From Nostoc sp. DedSLP01 (GTDB lineage Bacteria; Cyanobacteriota; Cyanobacteriia; Cyanobacteriales; Nostocaceae): DNA of 64,000 nt. This document shows positions 19,950 to 30,824 of the stretch, one piece after another (within the stretch, counting starts at the first letter, position 1; each line of letters starts with the position of its first letter). A program made the translations under genes and the position numbers. The DNA lies in NCBI GenBank assembly GCA_034530875.2, contig JAVRCJ020000006.1, positions 227,552 through 291,551 of the forward strand, in the 5' to 3' direction. Under the pieces are notes generated by a model. That model saw only the letters and a program-made list of their open reading frames with translations, did not search any database and was not told where the DNA came from.

Positions 19950-21758
19950 TCAATTGCCGAGATCGGCATTGGTAGCAAAGTTTCTTAAATTATCTTGTCG
20001 CCATTTTGCATCGGCTTTGCGATTTGTCTGCAACTCTAAAACCCGAATTCCTGTAGTTGGTAGCGGGTTTAATCTTTGCTGCAATTCTTCCCAAGAAGTA
20101 ATTAATTCATGCTGCACATTATAAGTAGCACATACCTGGGCGAAATTAATATCTTGGGGAGTGCCAAAAAACTCTTCAAATGGTGGCTCAAATTTGGCGA
20201 TGGGTAACATTTCAAAAATTCCACCACCATTGTTATTAATTAACACAATTGTCAGATGTCCCACAAATTTATTGCGGATTAAAAAACCGTTGGTGTCATG
20301 CAATAAAGCTAAATCTCCTGTTAGCATCACACTACTTTGCCGACGATGGGCAATTCCTAAAGCTGTGGATAATGTGCCGTCAATACCATTTGCACCCCGG
20401 TTAAAATACGATCGCACTCTCAAATTATTTGGTTTCCAGAAAAATTCCACATCCCGCACAGGCATACTATTAGCAATAAACAGTGGCGTTCCTGGTGGTA
20501 GCGTCTGAGAAATTAACCAAGCTGCTTTACCCTCAAATAATTCCTCCATATTCCCCATCGTTTGGTCAACAGCTTTTCTAACTTGCGTTTCTGCTGCACA
20601 CCACTGATGGAGATAATCCGGAGAAGAAGACGCGGAGAGTCTTTGTAATAAATTCCCCGCGTCCCCGTGTACCCGCGTCCCCGCGTCCTCTTCATCTTGC
20701 CAAAAAAGCTGTTCTACCGTTATTCGCAAGTGCGTCGTCCTTCCATGCAGAGGGTCGAGGTTTTGGTTGCTGTTATCAATTACCCAGCGTCGAGGTTGGC
20801 TTGCATCTATCCAAGTACGTAATTCTTTACTAGTAGGCATTTCTCCTATTTGAATCACCATTTGGGGTGCTAGCTGTTTGGCTAGTTGCTGATTTCGCAA
20901 AATCAGGTCATACGTAGAGATTAAATAGGGGTTGAGGTCAGCATAATTTCTCAGTGGCGAAAGTCCCTCTGCTAAAACAGGCCATTGGAGAGTTTGGGAA
21001 AGTTGGGCGATCGCTCTACAATACTCCTCTGGTTGCTGTGGTTGGGCTACACCTGCAATAATAATGCCGCGATCGCATTGTTTCCATTCTTGAGGAATGG
21101 GGTATGAGGCATGGGGCTTATGGCATTGGGTAATGTTTGCAATTCCCGCAAAGAATTCTTCTGGCTGAAATTGGGGCTGTAAAAAACTCAAGTCACTTCC
21201 ATCGGGAACGGGTGCTAAAGGATCGCGAAAGGGAATATTTAAATGTACCGCGCCTTTCGTTGGGATTTGCGTCATTTCCCAACTATGAATTACCATTTGT
21301 CGCAGATAAGCTAACATTCCCATATCAGCAGAGGGTAAGGCTAACTCGGCTTGCCAATTTGGGTAATTGCCATACAATCTCAACTGGTCTATAGTTTGCC
21401 CGGAGTGACAATCTCGCAGTTCTGGCGGTCTATCGGTGGTTAACACTAAAAGCGGTACGCGGCTATATGAGGCTTCGATTATTGCTGGATAAAAGTTTGC
21501 CCCGGCTGTACCAGAAGTGCAAAGAACTACCACAGGGCGTCCGGTAGCTTTAGCTTGTCCTAAAGCAAAAAAGGCAGCGGAGCGTTCGTCAAGCACGGAA
21601 ATTGCTTCAATCTCAGGTGCTTGTTGAGCAAATGCTACTGCTAAGGGTGTGGAACGCGAACCAGGGCAAATAATCGCACAAGTCAATCCCAGTTGTTTTA
21701 GCGTTTCTGTTAAGATATAAGCCCAAAGTTGATTAACATTTTTAAAGGCGATCGGCAT
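19950..21758 (-). CDS. menD: SEPHCHC synthase
   Basis: CPGSRSTPL, DERSAAFFALG, TSGTAGAN, NRGANGIDG, GDLALLHD, NNNGGGIF. Confidence 0.97.
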   Translation of the reverse strand: MPIAFKNVNQLWAYILTETLKQLGLTCAIICPGSRSTPLAVAFAQQAPEIEAISVLDERSAAFFALGQAKATGRPVVVLCTSGTAGANFYPAIIEASYSRVPLLVLTTDRPPELRDCHSGQTIDQLRLYGNYPNWQAELALPSADMGMLAYLRQMVIHSWEMTQIPTKGAVHLNIPFRDPLAPVPDGSDLSFLQPQFQPEEFFAGIANITQCHKPHASYPIPQEWKQCDRGIIIAGVAQPQQPEEYCRAIAQLSQTLQWPVLAEGLSPLRNYADLNPYLISTYDLILRNQQLAKQLAPQMVIQIGEMPTSKELRTWIDASQPRRWVIDNSNQNLDPLHGRTTHLRITVEQLFWQDEEDAGTRVHGDAGNLLQRLSASSSPDYLHQWCAAETQVRKAVDQTMGNMEELFEGKAAWLISQTLPPGTPLFIANSMPVRDVEFFWKPNNLRVRSYFNRGANGIDGTLSTALGIAHRRQSSVMLTGDLALLHDTNGFLIRNKFVGHLTIVLINNNGGGIFEMLPIAKFEPPFEEFFGTPQDINFAQVCATYNVQHELITSWEELQQRLNPLPTTGIRVLELQTNRKADAKWRQDNLRNFATNADLGN

Positions 21759-22059
21759 CCAATCAAACATAGCTATAAAACAATCCTAAATTTTAGATTT
21801 TGTTTAGGGAAATTCAATTTAAAATCCTTTTTGGAAAGTTGGGCAAGGGAAAGTCCGAGGCTCGATTTTTAACCTTTAGAGGTTCAAAAACAGCTTTCCC
21901 TCACAAATCCGGGGATGGAAACTCATACTGCCACACGAGTTTGTTGGCAAAAAATTTCCACACAGGCTAGCTTGACGCCAGTTGATTCAACTTTGGGAAA
22001 CTTCACAACGCAGTTACTACATTTACTAGAAAATACACACGATTGGCTCTCAAACTTTT

Positions 22060-22428
22060 ATGGATTGCATTTATTTAACAGGAATTCGCGGCTATGGCTA
22101 CACTGGGTATCTGTCAGAAGAACAGGTGCTAGGACAATGGTTTGAGGTGGATGTGAAGTTATGGTTGGATATCTCCATAGCGGCTAAGACTGACGCGATC
22201 GAAGACACTTTAGATTATCGCAGCGTTATTAGGCTGGTACAACATCTGCTCAAAACTTCTAAGTTCGCTTTGGTAGAGAAATTAGCAATGGCGATCGCAG
22301 ATTCTATTCTGCAAGAATACGATCGCATAACACAAGTCCAAGTCATTCTCAGTAAACCTGCCGCACCGATTCCCGACTTTGATGGCAGAATTAGCATTGA
22401 AGTGACTAAAACTAAGTCCAATCTCTAA
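22060..22428 (+). CDS. folB: Dihydroneopterin aldolase
   Basis: YGYTGYLSEEQVLGQWF, TLDY, LVEKLA, KPAAPI. Confidence 0.93.
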   Translation: MDCIYLTGIRGYGYTGYLSEEQVLGQWFEVDVKLWLDISIAAKTDAIEDTLDYRSVIRLVQHLLKTSKFALVEKLAMAIADSILQEYDRITQVQVILSKPAAPIPDFDGRISIEVTKTKSNL

Positions 22429-22813
22429 ACCACGGCAGAGAAGGGAGGGGGCAGAGGAGCAGGGGAGCAGAGGGGGAGAGAACAAAGCTTAACTGAACGG
22501 TATTGATTTATTCTCCCCCAACACGCACTCGTTCTCATAACCTAAAATAAAAAAGCGAAGTCTTGGGCAAAGATTTAGTTTAAGTTGTTAGCTTCAGCTG
22601 ACAAAGATAAATGCGTTAGATGATGGGCTGGCATCATTACTGAATAGTGTTTGATTTCTAAACCGATACTATTAATTAAGTAGGCAGACATAATTAAATG
22701 TAAAATCCAAAGGAGCGAAACCTTTTACTATTGCTTTTACTATTGATGGTTTTACCTTCTGCCTCCTGCCTCCTACCTTTTGCCTCCTGCCTCCTACTTA
22801 ATAGCAATCTGCA

Positions 22814-23374
22814 ATGGAAAAAACCGAAAAACAGAAAATGCTAGCAGGTGAGTTATACCTTGCAGAAGATCCTGAATTGGCTGCGGAAAATAAACGAGCC
22901 AGTCGTCTGTTGCGAAAATATAATTCTACAACTGAAGAACAGCAACAACAACGACAACAAATTTTGCAGGAATTATTAGGAAAAGTTGGTCAACAAATAA
23001 CAGTCGTACCACCTTTTCACTGTGACTATGGTAGTAATATTTTCGCTGGCGATAGATTATATCTTAACTATGGGTGTGTAGTTTTAGACTGTAATACAGT
23101 TCACATTGGTGATAATGTCTTATGCGCTCCTTACGTGCAAATTTATACTGCATATCATCCTACAGACCCAGAAATTCGCCTTTCTGGTAGAGAACTAGCA
23201 GCACCAATTAAGATTGGTAATAACGTTTGGATTGGTGGCGGTGCAATTATTTGTCCGGGCGTAACTATTGGGGATAACACAACCATTGGTGCTGGTAGCG
23301 TAGTTACAAAAGATATACCTGAAAATGTTATTGCTGTCGGCAATCCTTGTCGGGTGATTCGGAATTTAGCTTAA
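22814..23374 (+). CDS. maa: Sugar (maltose) O-acetyltransferase
   Basis: [18 protein letters not shown], hexapeptide repeats, GNPCRVIR. Confidence 0.9.
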   Translation: MEKTEKQKMLAGELYLAEDPELAAENKRASRLLRKYNSTTEEQQQQRQQILQELLGKVGQQITVVPPFHCDYGSNIFAGDRLYLNYGCVVLDCNTVHIGDNVLCAPYVQIYTAYHPTDPEIRLSGRELAAPIKIGNNVWIGGGAIICPGVTIGDNTTIGAGSVVTKDIPENVIAVGNPCRVIRNLA

Positions 23375-23377
23375 AAT

Positions 23378-23758
23378 TTAAAATTTATACCCTCTACCAA
23401 GCCAATACAACCAATCTGCGATCGCTTCTTCAGTTTCGCTATCAACATCAATGGCTACTATCTCCGATAGCTTGGCAGTATATACATCATCATCCTTACC
23501 GCCAATATAAGCCACTTCTACATACATATCTTTTAAGCACTCATCATCTGGTGCCATTCCCAAAACTTCCACTGGTTTCTCTTCAGTTGAACCTGATTTA
23601 CGGTTCTTCTTTTTCCATTTACCCATAAACGGAAAATTCAGAGTTTCTTCCAGATAGTAGTACCAACCCATGGCCCGGTCTTCTTTGTCTTCAGCATCTG
23701 CAATAATCTCTGTTTGAATGCGATGCTCTCGGTTTTCGTTAAGTTCAACACTAGGCAT
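23378..23758 (-). CDS. ccbP: Cyanobacterial calcium-binding protein
   Basis: 126 aa from ATG 23758; REHRIQTEII, RAMGWYYYL, AIADWLYW...GYKF; acidic. Confidence 0.88.
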   Translation of the reverse strand: MPSVELNENREHRIQTEIIADAEDKEDRAMGWYYYLEETLNFPFMGKWKKKNRKSGSTEEKPVEVLGMAPDDECLKDMYVEVAYIGGKDDDVYTAKLSEIVAIDVDSETEEAIADWLYWLGRGYKF

Positions 23759-24668
23759 AAGACAACGGTTTGCGTAGGATGCACTATATGGTATATCGTT
23801 TTGGCGGCTGTCTGTCAATTTCCTAATTGCTACTTCCATCTTTTTAAGTTGGAGTGGGGGTAGGAGTTGAAACTGACAGACCGACGCAAACAATAAAGCT
23901 TGCAAAACTTTTGTGATAGACCACTAGTAGTGTATCAAGTTAACGAAAGCCCAAAATAAAATTGTTGACTGTTGACTGTTCGCAGTTAACCATCAACAGG
24001 CAACAGTCAAGAAGAATCTACAAATGTACTCTGACTTTCACAAAAGAAATAGGATTGCTATATACAATTTATTTTTAACAACATCATATATAAAGAATGC
24101 TTTATATATTAAGCTTTATACGCAATTACAATCATGATATATATTTATACCAATGTAACTGTCTTGAGATTTTTAAGTATATGAATAAAAATATGGTATT
24201 AAATTGACATTTACTTTAAAAAAGCTTTAAAAAATATTATTTTAGTGTTTTTTTAGTTAATTTATCGGGTTTAACTAATCAACTAATAATAGGCTTTCAA
24301 AAATGATGGTACTGTATAAAAAATATTTCTATATAATTATCATTAACATCTATGTAGTATATTGTATTTACAGGTAAATAACTGGTTATCTAAATTATTT
24401 GTTTGCAAGACTTCACAAAAAAAAATTCCAAAAAATTAAAATTTTGATGAAATTTTAGGAATTTCAAACATTAATTTAATCATTTTTATAAAATAAATAG
24501 GTATCAAATCCTGGCTTTTATAACTATGCTGAATGAAAGTATATCTTCTCAGTTGTGCTTGTCAATTCTCAGAATTTTTTAAATGTTATTAAGCTGAAAA
24601 TCAAATTGATTCTGGAAAATAGAGTCAATTTAATTGTTAATTAAAAAACCACAAAAAAAGGGAGATCT

Positions 24669-25352
24669 ATGCATTTTTCTCACATTACAGGAATTGTTAG
24701 TTGTACGGTAGCAGCTTTTATATCGATTGCGCCTATACAAGCGGAAGCTGCAACTTTTAAAGTGGAATCTGGAGTCACTAGTATCGATCGCGATCACGAA
24801 AATATTCTTAAAAATCTTGGGCTACCCATCACAAATACTCAGGATACAGTCCCACCGATTCCCAGCAATTACTTAGTTGGCTTTCAAATTGACTCAGATA
24901 CTAACTTCACCTTCAGCGACGAAGGTGGTTTCACTCCACTCTTCGGTACAATCGAACATACTGGTACTGTTACCATCAAAAATCAAATTACTGTTGGTAA
25001 ATTTTCAATTGGTTTTGCTTCGGGACGCACTGTATCTAATGCCAGTGGACTTGTTTTAAGAGACACAGTTTCTTCTATAAATCCAATTTTGTTTGACTTA
25101 AGTGCCCCGCAATCCGTAATATTTGACGAACAAAATTTAACTCTCACCCTAGCTGATGTTCAATTATTAATTTCTCCAGAGTTTGCTCAGCAGCTTGGCA
25201 ACTCTAATTTGGCAGGTTTATTTGCTGGAACTGCACGAATTGATGCTAAAGTAGCTGCCGTACCCGAACCTGGAAGTGCCTTAGCAATTTTGGCAGCAGG
25301 TGCGGCTTTGTTGGCAGCTAGATTTTCGACTCAAAAAACTAAATACATTTAA
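24669..25352 (+). CDS. PEP-CTERM exported protein
   Basis: GGAG RBS, signal peptide ending AEA, C-terminal VPEP + hydrophobic helix + basic tail. Confidence 0.85.
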   Translation: MHFSHITGIVSCTVAAFISIAPIQAEAATFKVESGVTSIDRDHENILKNLGLPITNTQDTVPPIPSNYLVGFQIDSDTNFTFSDEGGFTPLFGTIEHTGTVTIKNQITVGKFSIGFASGRTVSNASGLVLRDTVSSINPILFDLSAPQSVIFDEQNLTLTLADVQLLISPEFAQQLGNSNLAGLFAGTARIDAKVAAVPEPGSALAILAAGAALLAARFSTQKTKYI

Positions 25353-26880
25353 TATCCTCAAGCATCTGGAGATGCTTGTTAATAGGTGCAAGAGTATTAG
25401 CTGCAATCATTCCACTAGCGGCGACTGCTGGTAAGCCAATACCGGGAAATGTCGAATCTCCACAGCACAACAACCCTGGTAGGGGAGTACTAGGGCCAGG
25501 AAATATACCAGAACCAGCTGCGATTGCCGGGCCGTAGGAACCTCGATGGCGACGCAGATAACGCTGGTGAGTTAGAGGCGTACCAACAAGTGTGACTTCG
25601 CAACGAGAGCGAATATCTGGAATAACTCGTTGTAGAGCTTGCCACATTACTTCTGCACGCGATCGCTTTTGTTCGGCATATTCTTTACTCCTTCTATCCA
25701 TCCCCTGCCATATAGAGTATGGCTCATTACCTGGCGTATAAACGTGAATCACATGCTTGTCTGGTGGTGCTAGGGATGGATCGAGAACTGAAGGAATTGA
25801 TATCACCACCAAATTTTGAGGTGCTGTTACCCCTAATTCCCAATTATTCACGACGACGTAATGACATTGTAAATTTGTCTGTAATCCTTCAGCATTAATA
25901 CCTAAATGCAGATGCATAAAACTATCACACTCAGGCGTTGCTTGCTTTTGAGCGCGGAACTGTTTTGAGACTGCATTTTCTGGTAATAGCTTCAGCGTGT
26001 CCCAAACCGATGCATTAGAAATTACAGCTTTGCGGGCGCGGATTTCTTGGCGATCGCGCAAACGCACGCCCACCGCCCGATTTCCCTCCACAAGTACTTC
26101 CTCGACATGTGCGCCCAGGATGAGCTTACCACCGTGACGCTGCAATCCCTGCACGAGAGCGTCAACTAAAGCACCACTACCGCCAATTGGATACTCAAGT
26201 ACTGCCCCTGGTTTATACCAGTCAGCAAACATAAATGCTACCTCTGCGGCAATCGTGCTATCTGCTGGCAAACCAGAAAGCAGAAAACACAACAAATTCA
26301 GCCAATTTTGCGTAAATTGGTCTTTAACAACACCATCCATAACTCGGCTGAAAGGCCCAGTCAGTTTGAGGATACTTGCAATATGTTTTGCGAGAGTTGG
26401 GGCAAATCGTCCCACAGTTTGAACTGCACCCAAATCAAAGCGTAATGCTGCCGGCGACATAGCTGTTGCTGCATTAGCCAGCGGTTCCATAATCCGCTGG
26501 AGTTGCTGCCATTCAGTTACAGCATCACGACCGCGCAATTTCATCAACACTTCAGAAAATTGTTCAGTGCCAACTGATGTATCAAAATAACCTTCTGGTA
26601 GATAACAACCCCAAGTATCATAAGTGACACACGGTAATTCAGAGCCAATAGCGTCTAGGACTTGCCGCAGCGGGTTCGTAGAAGGACTGTAAGACAGTCC
26701 AGAGTAGAGAGATGGACCAGAGTCAAACTTGAAACCATTGCGCTCAAAACTGTGGGCGGCACCACCAGGTATAGAATGACTTTCGCAGACTCTGACATCA
26801 AAGCCATACCGTGCCAAAAGAGCAGCACAACTTAAACCGCCAATACCGCTACCGATGATGACTACATCTGTGTTTTGCAT
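25339..26880 (-). CDS. FAD-dependent phytoene desaturase/carotenoid isomerase (CrtH-like) family oxidoreductase
   Basis: IIGSGIGGL, FDSGPSL, GTPLTHQRYL, CGDSTFPGIGLPAVAASG. Confidence 0.85.
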   Translation of the reverse strand: MQNTDVVIIGSGIGGLSCAALLARYGFDVRVCESHSIPGGAAHSFERNGFKFDSGPSLYSGLSYSPSTNPLRQVLDAIGSELPCVTYDTWGCYLPEGYFDTSVGTEQFSEVLMKLRGRDAVTEWQQLQRIMEPLANAATAMSPAALRFDLGAVQTVGRFAPTLAKHIASILKLTGPFSRVMDGVVKDQFTQNWLNLLCFLLSGLPADSTIAAEVAFMFADWYKPGAVLEYPIGGSGALVDALVQGLQRHGGKLILGAHVEEVLVEGNRAVGVRLRDRQEIRARKAVISNASVWDTLKLLPENAVSKQFRAQKQATPECDSFMHLHLGINAEGLQTNLQCHYVVVNNWELGVTAPQNLVVISIPSVLDPSLAPPDKHVIHVYTPGNEPYSIWQGMDRRSKEYAEQKRSRAEVMWQALQRVIPDIRSRCEVTLVGTPLTHQRYLRRHRGSYGPAIAAGSGIFPGPSTPLPGLLCCGDSTFPGIGLPAVAASGMIAANTLAPINKHLQMLEDIKCI

Positions 26881-27127
26881 ATACTATGTTTGCAATGATG
26901 GTTTTTAAGATTTGTTAAGCGATATTTGGCAGTATAGCTTTTTGGAAGTGAGTGAGATGGAAAAGGCAATGCATTTTAAGGGATTCTCAAATTTTGACTA
27001 TCAAAGGTCATTCCCTATGCTGAGGCATTGAGCATAATTGGACTTTAAAAGACCGAGTTTACCCATAAGCTATTATGGTAGCGTGAGATACAAAAATGAG
27101 CAATTTCAATATTTAATACAAAATCTT

Positions 27128-28165
27128 ATGCTGCATACTTCTAAACTACCTGCGATTCCTGTTCTCACACACAGAGATATAAAATTTTTCTTGAAGTATT
27201 TTAGAAGCATAGATCAAATACTTTGCCAAAGATACTCATTGGGTTTTTGCCCCGACGAAGAACATTTAACTTCGATACTTTGTGAACTTTTGGATGATAG
27301 AGGTTCGCAATTGCATCAACTTCCATATAGCATTGCTGATCTCAACAGAGATTTAGAAAACAGTGGCAGCTTGCTTAAAGCAGAAGTATCTTTGGAAACT
27401 AAAACCTATGATAAATACCAAGAACGACATTTCACTCAGTCAGACTTAGGAATTATCCTAGAGTATAAAGATAGAATTGACCCTAAATATAATTTTACAA
27501 TTGGGATACTTGTTCAAGCAAAAAGATTGTTCCCAGATGCAAGAAAAAAATACTCTTTTGCATCTAAATATAATTCATTTGATGCAGACCAATATCAAAG
27601 ATTTAAAAATCTAATAAATTACTTTGAAAACAGTTGTGATTGTAGTGAATGTGGAAAATATCTACTATACAATCCTATTTTTAGGGATTTTGCTAAAAAT
27701 GAAAAAGAAAAAATTTTACATTGCCAGTTACTCAAAGATAGAAATACTATCTTTCAGGACGCTTCAATACTAAATCAATATCGTGAAATTTATGATGTGG
27801 ATAGTGAATTATCACTTTTGCCAATGGGTAGCTTAATTGTATCTCTCCAGGGAATACAACAGATAGCTACCAAACAGGGGCTTAGTAGTAATAAAAATTC
27901 TATAAATGAGTCAAAATTATTACCATTTACTCTACAAAAAGTTGTAGAAAAAATAGATATATATCAGAGTTCTTTACCTTGGTTTATAGTTGCTCAAATG
28001 ATGGTATTAGGTAAAGGATGCTCTTGTGAAGAATTTACAAAATTAGTTACGGCTGGAAGAGATAGCAATCACATAACACAGAATTTTGAATTTCTACCGC
28101 CTCGTTATAGTTTGCGTATAGCTTTAACAGCTGGTGAAGAACACCCTGAGGAATTTGAATTTTAA
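27128..28165 (+). CDS. Hypothetical AT-rich protein, putative PD-(D/E)xK-fold nuclease
   Basis: DEEHLT...E...QSDLGIILEY...ILVQAKRL spacing; low GC; 345 aa from ATG 27128. Confidence 0.65.
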   Translation: MLHTSKLPAIPVLTHRDIKFFLKYFRSIDQILCQRYSLGFCPDEEHLTSILCELLDDRGSQLHQLPYSIADLNRDLENSGSLLKAEVSLETKTYDKYQERHFTQSDLGIILEYKDRIDPKYNFTIGILVQAKRLFPDARKKYSFASKYNSFDADQYQRFKNLINYFENSCDCSECGKYLLYNPIFRDFAKNEKEKILHCQLLKDRNTIFQDASILNQYREIYDVDSELSLLPMGSLIVSLQGIQQIATKQGLSSNKNSINESKLLPFTLQKVVEKIDIYQSSLPWFIVAQMMVLGKGCSCEEFTKLVTAGRDSNHITQNFEFLPPRYSLRIALTAGEEHPEEFEF

Positions 28166-28233
28166 GAAATCTCGGAATTTAATAACTAAATTCAAATACT
28201 TTTTAGTTAAATTTTTTGCAACTTCTCTAAAAT

Positions 28234-29160
28234 ATGACCATTATCGTCTTTGGCAGCATCAATATGGACTTGGTAGCCACAGCGCCCCGTTTACCAGTCG
28301 GCGGAGAAACATTGCTGGGAGAAAATTTTTTTCAAGTTTCGGGAGGTAAAGGAGCCAATCAAGCTGTAGCCCTAGCGAGATTGGGAATTCCCGTGCAAAT
28401 GGTCGGGCGTGTTGGTGCAGACAATTTTGGTGGAGAACTTGTCAAGAATTTGCAAGCATCTGGAGTTCAGACAAACAATGTTTTTGTTGATGAAACTGTT
28501 AGTTCTGGAGTCGCCATCATCACTGTAAGTCAGGCTGGAGAAAATCAAATTGTTGTAATTCCTGGTGCAAATGGACGCGTCGATCGCGAAGATGTGCAAA
28601 GATTATCTCAGTTATTACCAGAAGCGAAAGCACTGCTTTTACAATTAGAAATTCCGATTTCTGCGGTGGTTGCAGCAGCGAAAGCAGCCAGAAGCGCAAA
28701 CATCAAAGTCATTCTTGACCCCGCACCAGCACAGTCTAATTTACCCGCAGAACTTTATCCATTGGTAGATATTATTACGCCCAATGAAGTTGAGGCTGGG
28801 CAATTGGTGGGTTTTGCTGTGGATGGAGAGGAAACAGCAGCCAAGGCAGCTGAGGTTTTATTGCAACGGGGTGTGAAATGTGCGATCGTCAAATTGGGGG
28901 CTAAAGGTGTTTTTTGTGCAACTACCCAAGAGAAGTTTTTTGTACCCGCTTTTCCAGTTGATGTAGTTGATACAGTAGCCGCGGGCGACGCTTTTAACGG
29001 TGGTTTAGCAGCAGCACTTTTTGCAGGAATGTCCTTACATCAGGCAGTTATTTGGGGTGCAGCAGCAGGTGCTTTAGCCGCGACAAAACCAGGCGCACAA
29101 ACATCACTGCCAGATAGGTTGACGTTTGATGCTTTTCTCAAGGAAAAAGTTAAAAGTTAA
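28234..29160 (+). CDS. rbsK: Ribokinase
   Basis: GSINMDLV, GGKGANQAVA, LLQLE, TPNEVE, DTVAAGDAFNG. Confidence 0.95.
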   Translation: MTIIVFGSINMDLVATAPRLPVGGETLLGENFFQVSGGKGANQAVALARLGIPVQMVGRVGADNFGGELVKNLQASGVQTNNVFVDETVSSGVAIITVSQAGENQIVVIPGANGRVDREDVQRLSQLLPEAKALLLQLEIPISAVVAAAKAARSANIKVILDPAPAQSNLPAELYPLVDIITPNEVEAGQLVGFAVDGEETAAKAAEVLLQRGVKCAIVKLGAKGVFCATTQEKFFVPAFPVDVVDTVAAGDAFNGGLAAALFAGMSLHQAVIWGAAAGALAATKPGAQTSLPDRLTFDAFLKEKVKS

Positions 29161-29181
29161 AAGAATGCTAGATATAAATTT

Positions 29182-29241
29182 AGGTGTAGATTGGGTTCCA
29201 GAACTTAGCTTGCTTCCGCCAGAGTAACCTAACCTACACCT
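29182..29241. repeat. REP-like inverted repeat between convergent rbsK and mreD (possible terminator)
   Basis: AGGTGTAGATTGGGTT ... AACCTAACCTACACCT. Confidence 0.6.
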
Positions 29242-29265
29242 GAAGCTTTCTTATTTACCTGTAAA

Positions 29266-29898
29266 CTATTGCTCCAACAATTTCATCCGCTGCCACCAAA
29301 GATTCAGGGGATAATAAACCACTGGTGCCCAGAGGCTACTAAGAATCGCAGAAGCAAGGGCGACACGTTGATAATATGTCCAAATATCTCCGATATGACG
29401 TGGATTTTGTCCACCGTAAGCATTGCCCATGAAGGTTAATTGCAAGCCAAAGATAGTTTCTCCTAAAATCGCCATTACAAAAACAATTACAGCAATAGAA
29501 ATAAAATCTTCTTCCATGAAGCGCTGTTTTTGGAGCAAACCAGTGAGAAATCCCACTATACCTAAACTCAGAGCATGAGTCGGATGAGGTGATGTCATCC
29601 CATCTTGAAGTAACCCCAAAATAATACCTGCAAATGCTCCGGCAAACATTGAGCGCTTTACACTCCAAGCCACTACCCAAATTAACAACCAGTTTGGCCC
29701 AATTCCCAATAATTCCATACCCGGCAGCCGGGTTGGTAACAACAGTAAACATAACAACACAGACCCAACTGTAACCGCCGAACCCGCCAACTTACGTGCA
29801 GCAGGATGCCAACGAGAAAGTGGTGGTATGAGGTTTTTCTTTCGCTTTGATGATTTTGGCTTTTTCTGTCTGCTGCCAACAAATGCAGGAATCTTCAT
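29266..29898 (-). CDS. mreD: Rod shape-determining protein MreD
   Basis: PNWLLIWVVAW, GLLQDG, multi-TM; third gene of the mre operon. Confidence 0.93.
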   Translation of the reverse strand: MKIPAFVGSRQKKPKSSKRKKNLIPPLSRWHPAARKLAGSAVTVGSVLLCLLLLPTRLPGMELLGIGPNWLLIWVVAWSVKRSMFAGAFAGIILGLLQDGMTSPHPTHALSLGIVGFLTGLLQKQRFMEEDFISIAVIVFVMAILGETIFGLQLTFMGNAYGGQNPRHIGDIWTYYQRVALASAILSSLWAPVVYYPLNLWWQRMKLLEQ

Positions 29899-29924
29899 TT
29901 TTGTGTAGATTTTCAACAAAGAAT

Positions 29925-30725
29925 TTACTTAGACTTTTGCTCTGCCGACTTTTGGGTTTGGGAATCTTGGTTTTCTGGCTTTGGATACACAGCCACCCAA
30001 TCTAAAAAGCGTATTGGCGGAAAAAGCTCGATTTTCGCTACTGAGGCTGGAAGTTTCTTTAAATCTAAGGACTTGATTCGTCCTACTGCCAAGCCTGAAG
30101 GAAATTTCTGACTATAAGTGGATGTGGAAACTAAATCTCCCACCTTCACATTCGGAACTTTTTCATAAAACTCCAGCACAGCATCAGCAGAAGAATCTCC
30201 TCGCAAAACACCTTTAGCAGCTGTGCGGCTAATTGTGACGCCGACTTGACTTTTAAGGTCGCTGATTAACAACACGCGGCTAGTATTGGGAGTCACGCTT
30301 TCTACTAAACCAACTAGTCCGCCTTCAGCCTTGACTATATAACCTTCTTGAATCCCAGAACTAGCACCCCGATTTAGGGTAACTTGTTGCCACCATTGGT
30401 CAGCGCTACGTCCCACCACCCTTGCTGGAATTGGCCTTGATGCTAGCGGCTCTTTTTCTACGTAGCCTAATAAGTTTTGTAACTTTTTCTTTTCACTTTC
30501 CAAATCTACAATCCGAGTTTCTAACTCTAATACCCGAGCATCTCTAAGGCGTTCTTCTGGAGTTGGCCCTGGCTGTAACATCTGCAACGGACGGGTAATT
30601 GTGTAGTACGTCTCAAGCACCAACTCACCTTGAGTCTGCCGTAGTATCCAAGCACTACCAGCTACTAGAGCTAACAGCCCAATTTGTAAACCTTTACGAT
30701 CCCACCACCGCCGTACTGTAACCAT
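29925..30725 (-). CDS. mreC: Rod shape-determining protein MreC
   Basis: ARVVGRS, LNRG, GLVGLV, SRVLLISD, FPSGLAVG. Confidence 0.95.
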   Translation of the reverse strand: MVTVRRWWDRKGLQIGLLALVAGSAWILRQTQGELVLETYYTITRPLQMLQPGPTPEERLRDARVLELETRIVDLESEKKKLQNLLGYVEKEPLASRPIPARVVGRSADQWWQQVTLNRGASSGIQEGYIVKAEGGLVGLVESVTPNTSRVLLISDLKSQVGVTISRTAAKGVLRGDSSADAVLEFYEKVPNVKVGDLVSTSTYSQKFPSGLAVGRIKSLDLKKLPASVAKIELFPPIRFLDWVAVYPKPENQDSQTQKSAEQKSK

Positions 30726-30824
30726 ATATACCTTTACATACTTAATAAATTAAGTTCTACCTGGATTCTATTTATATAAAACCCAAATAGAACTCAAATA
30801 GAACTCAAGTCTGATATTTTTTCC

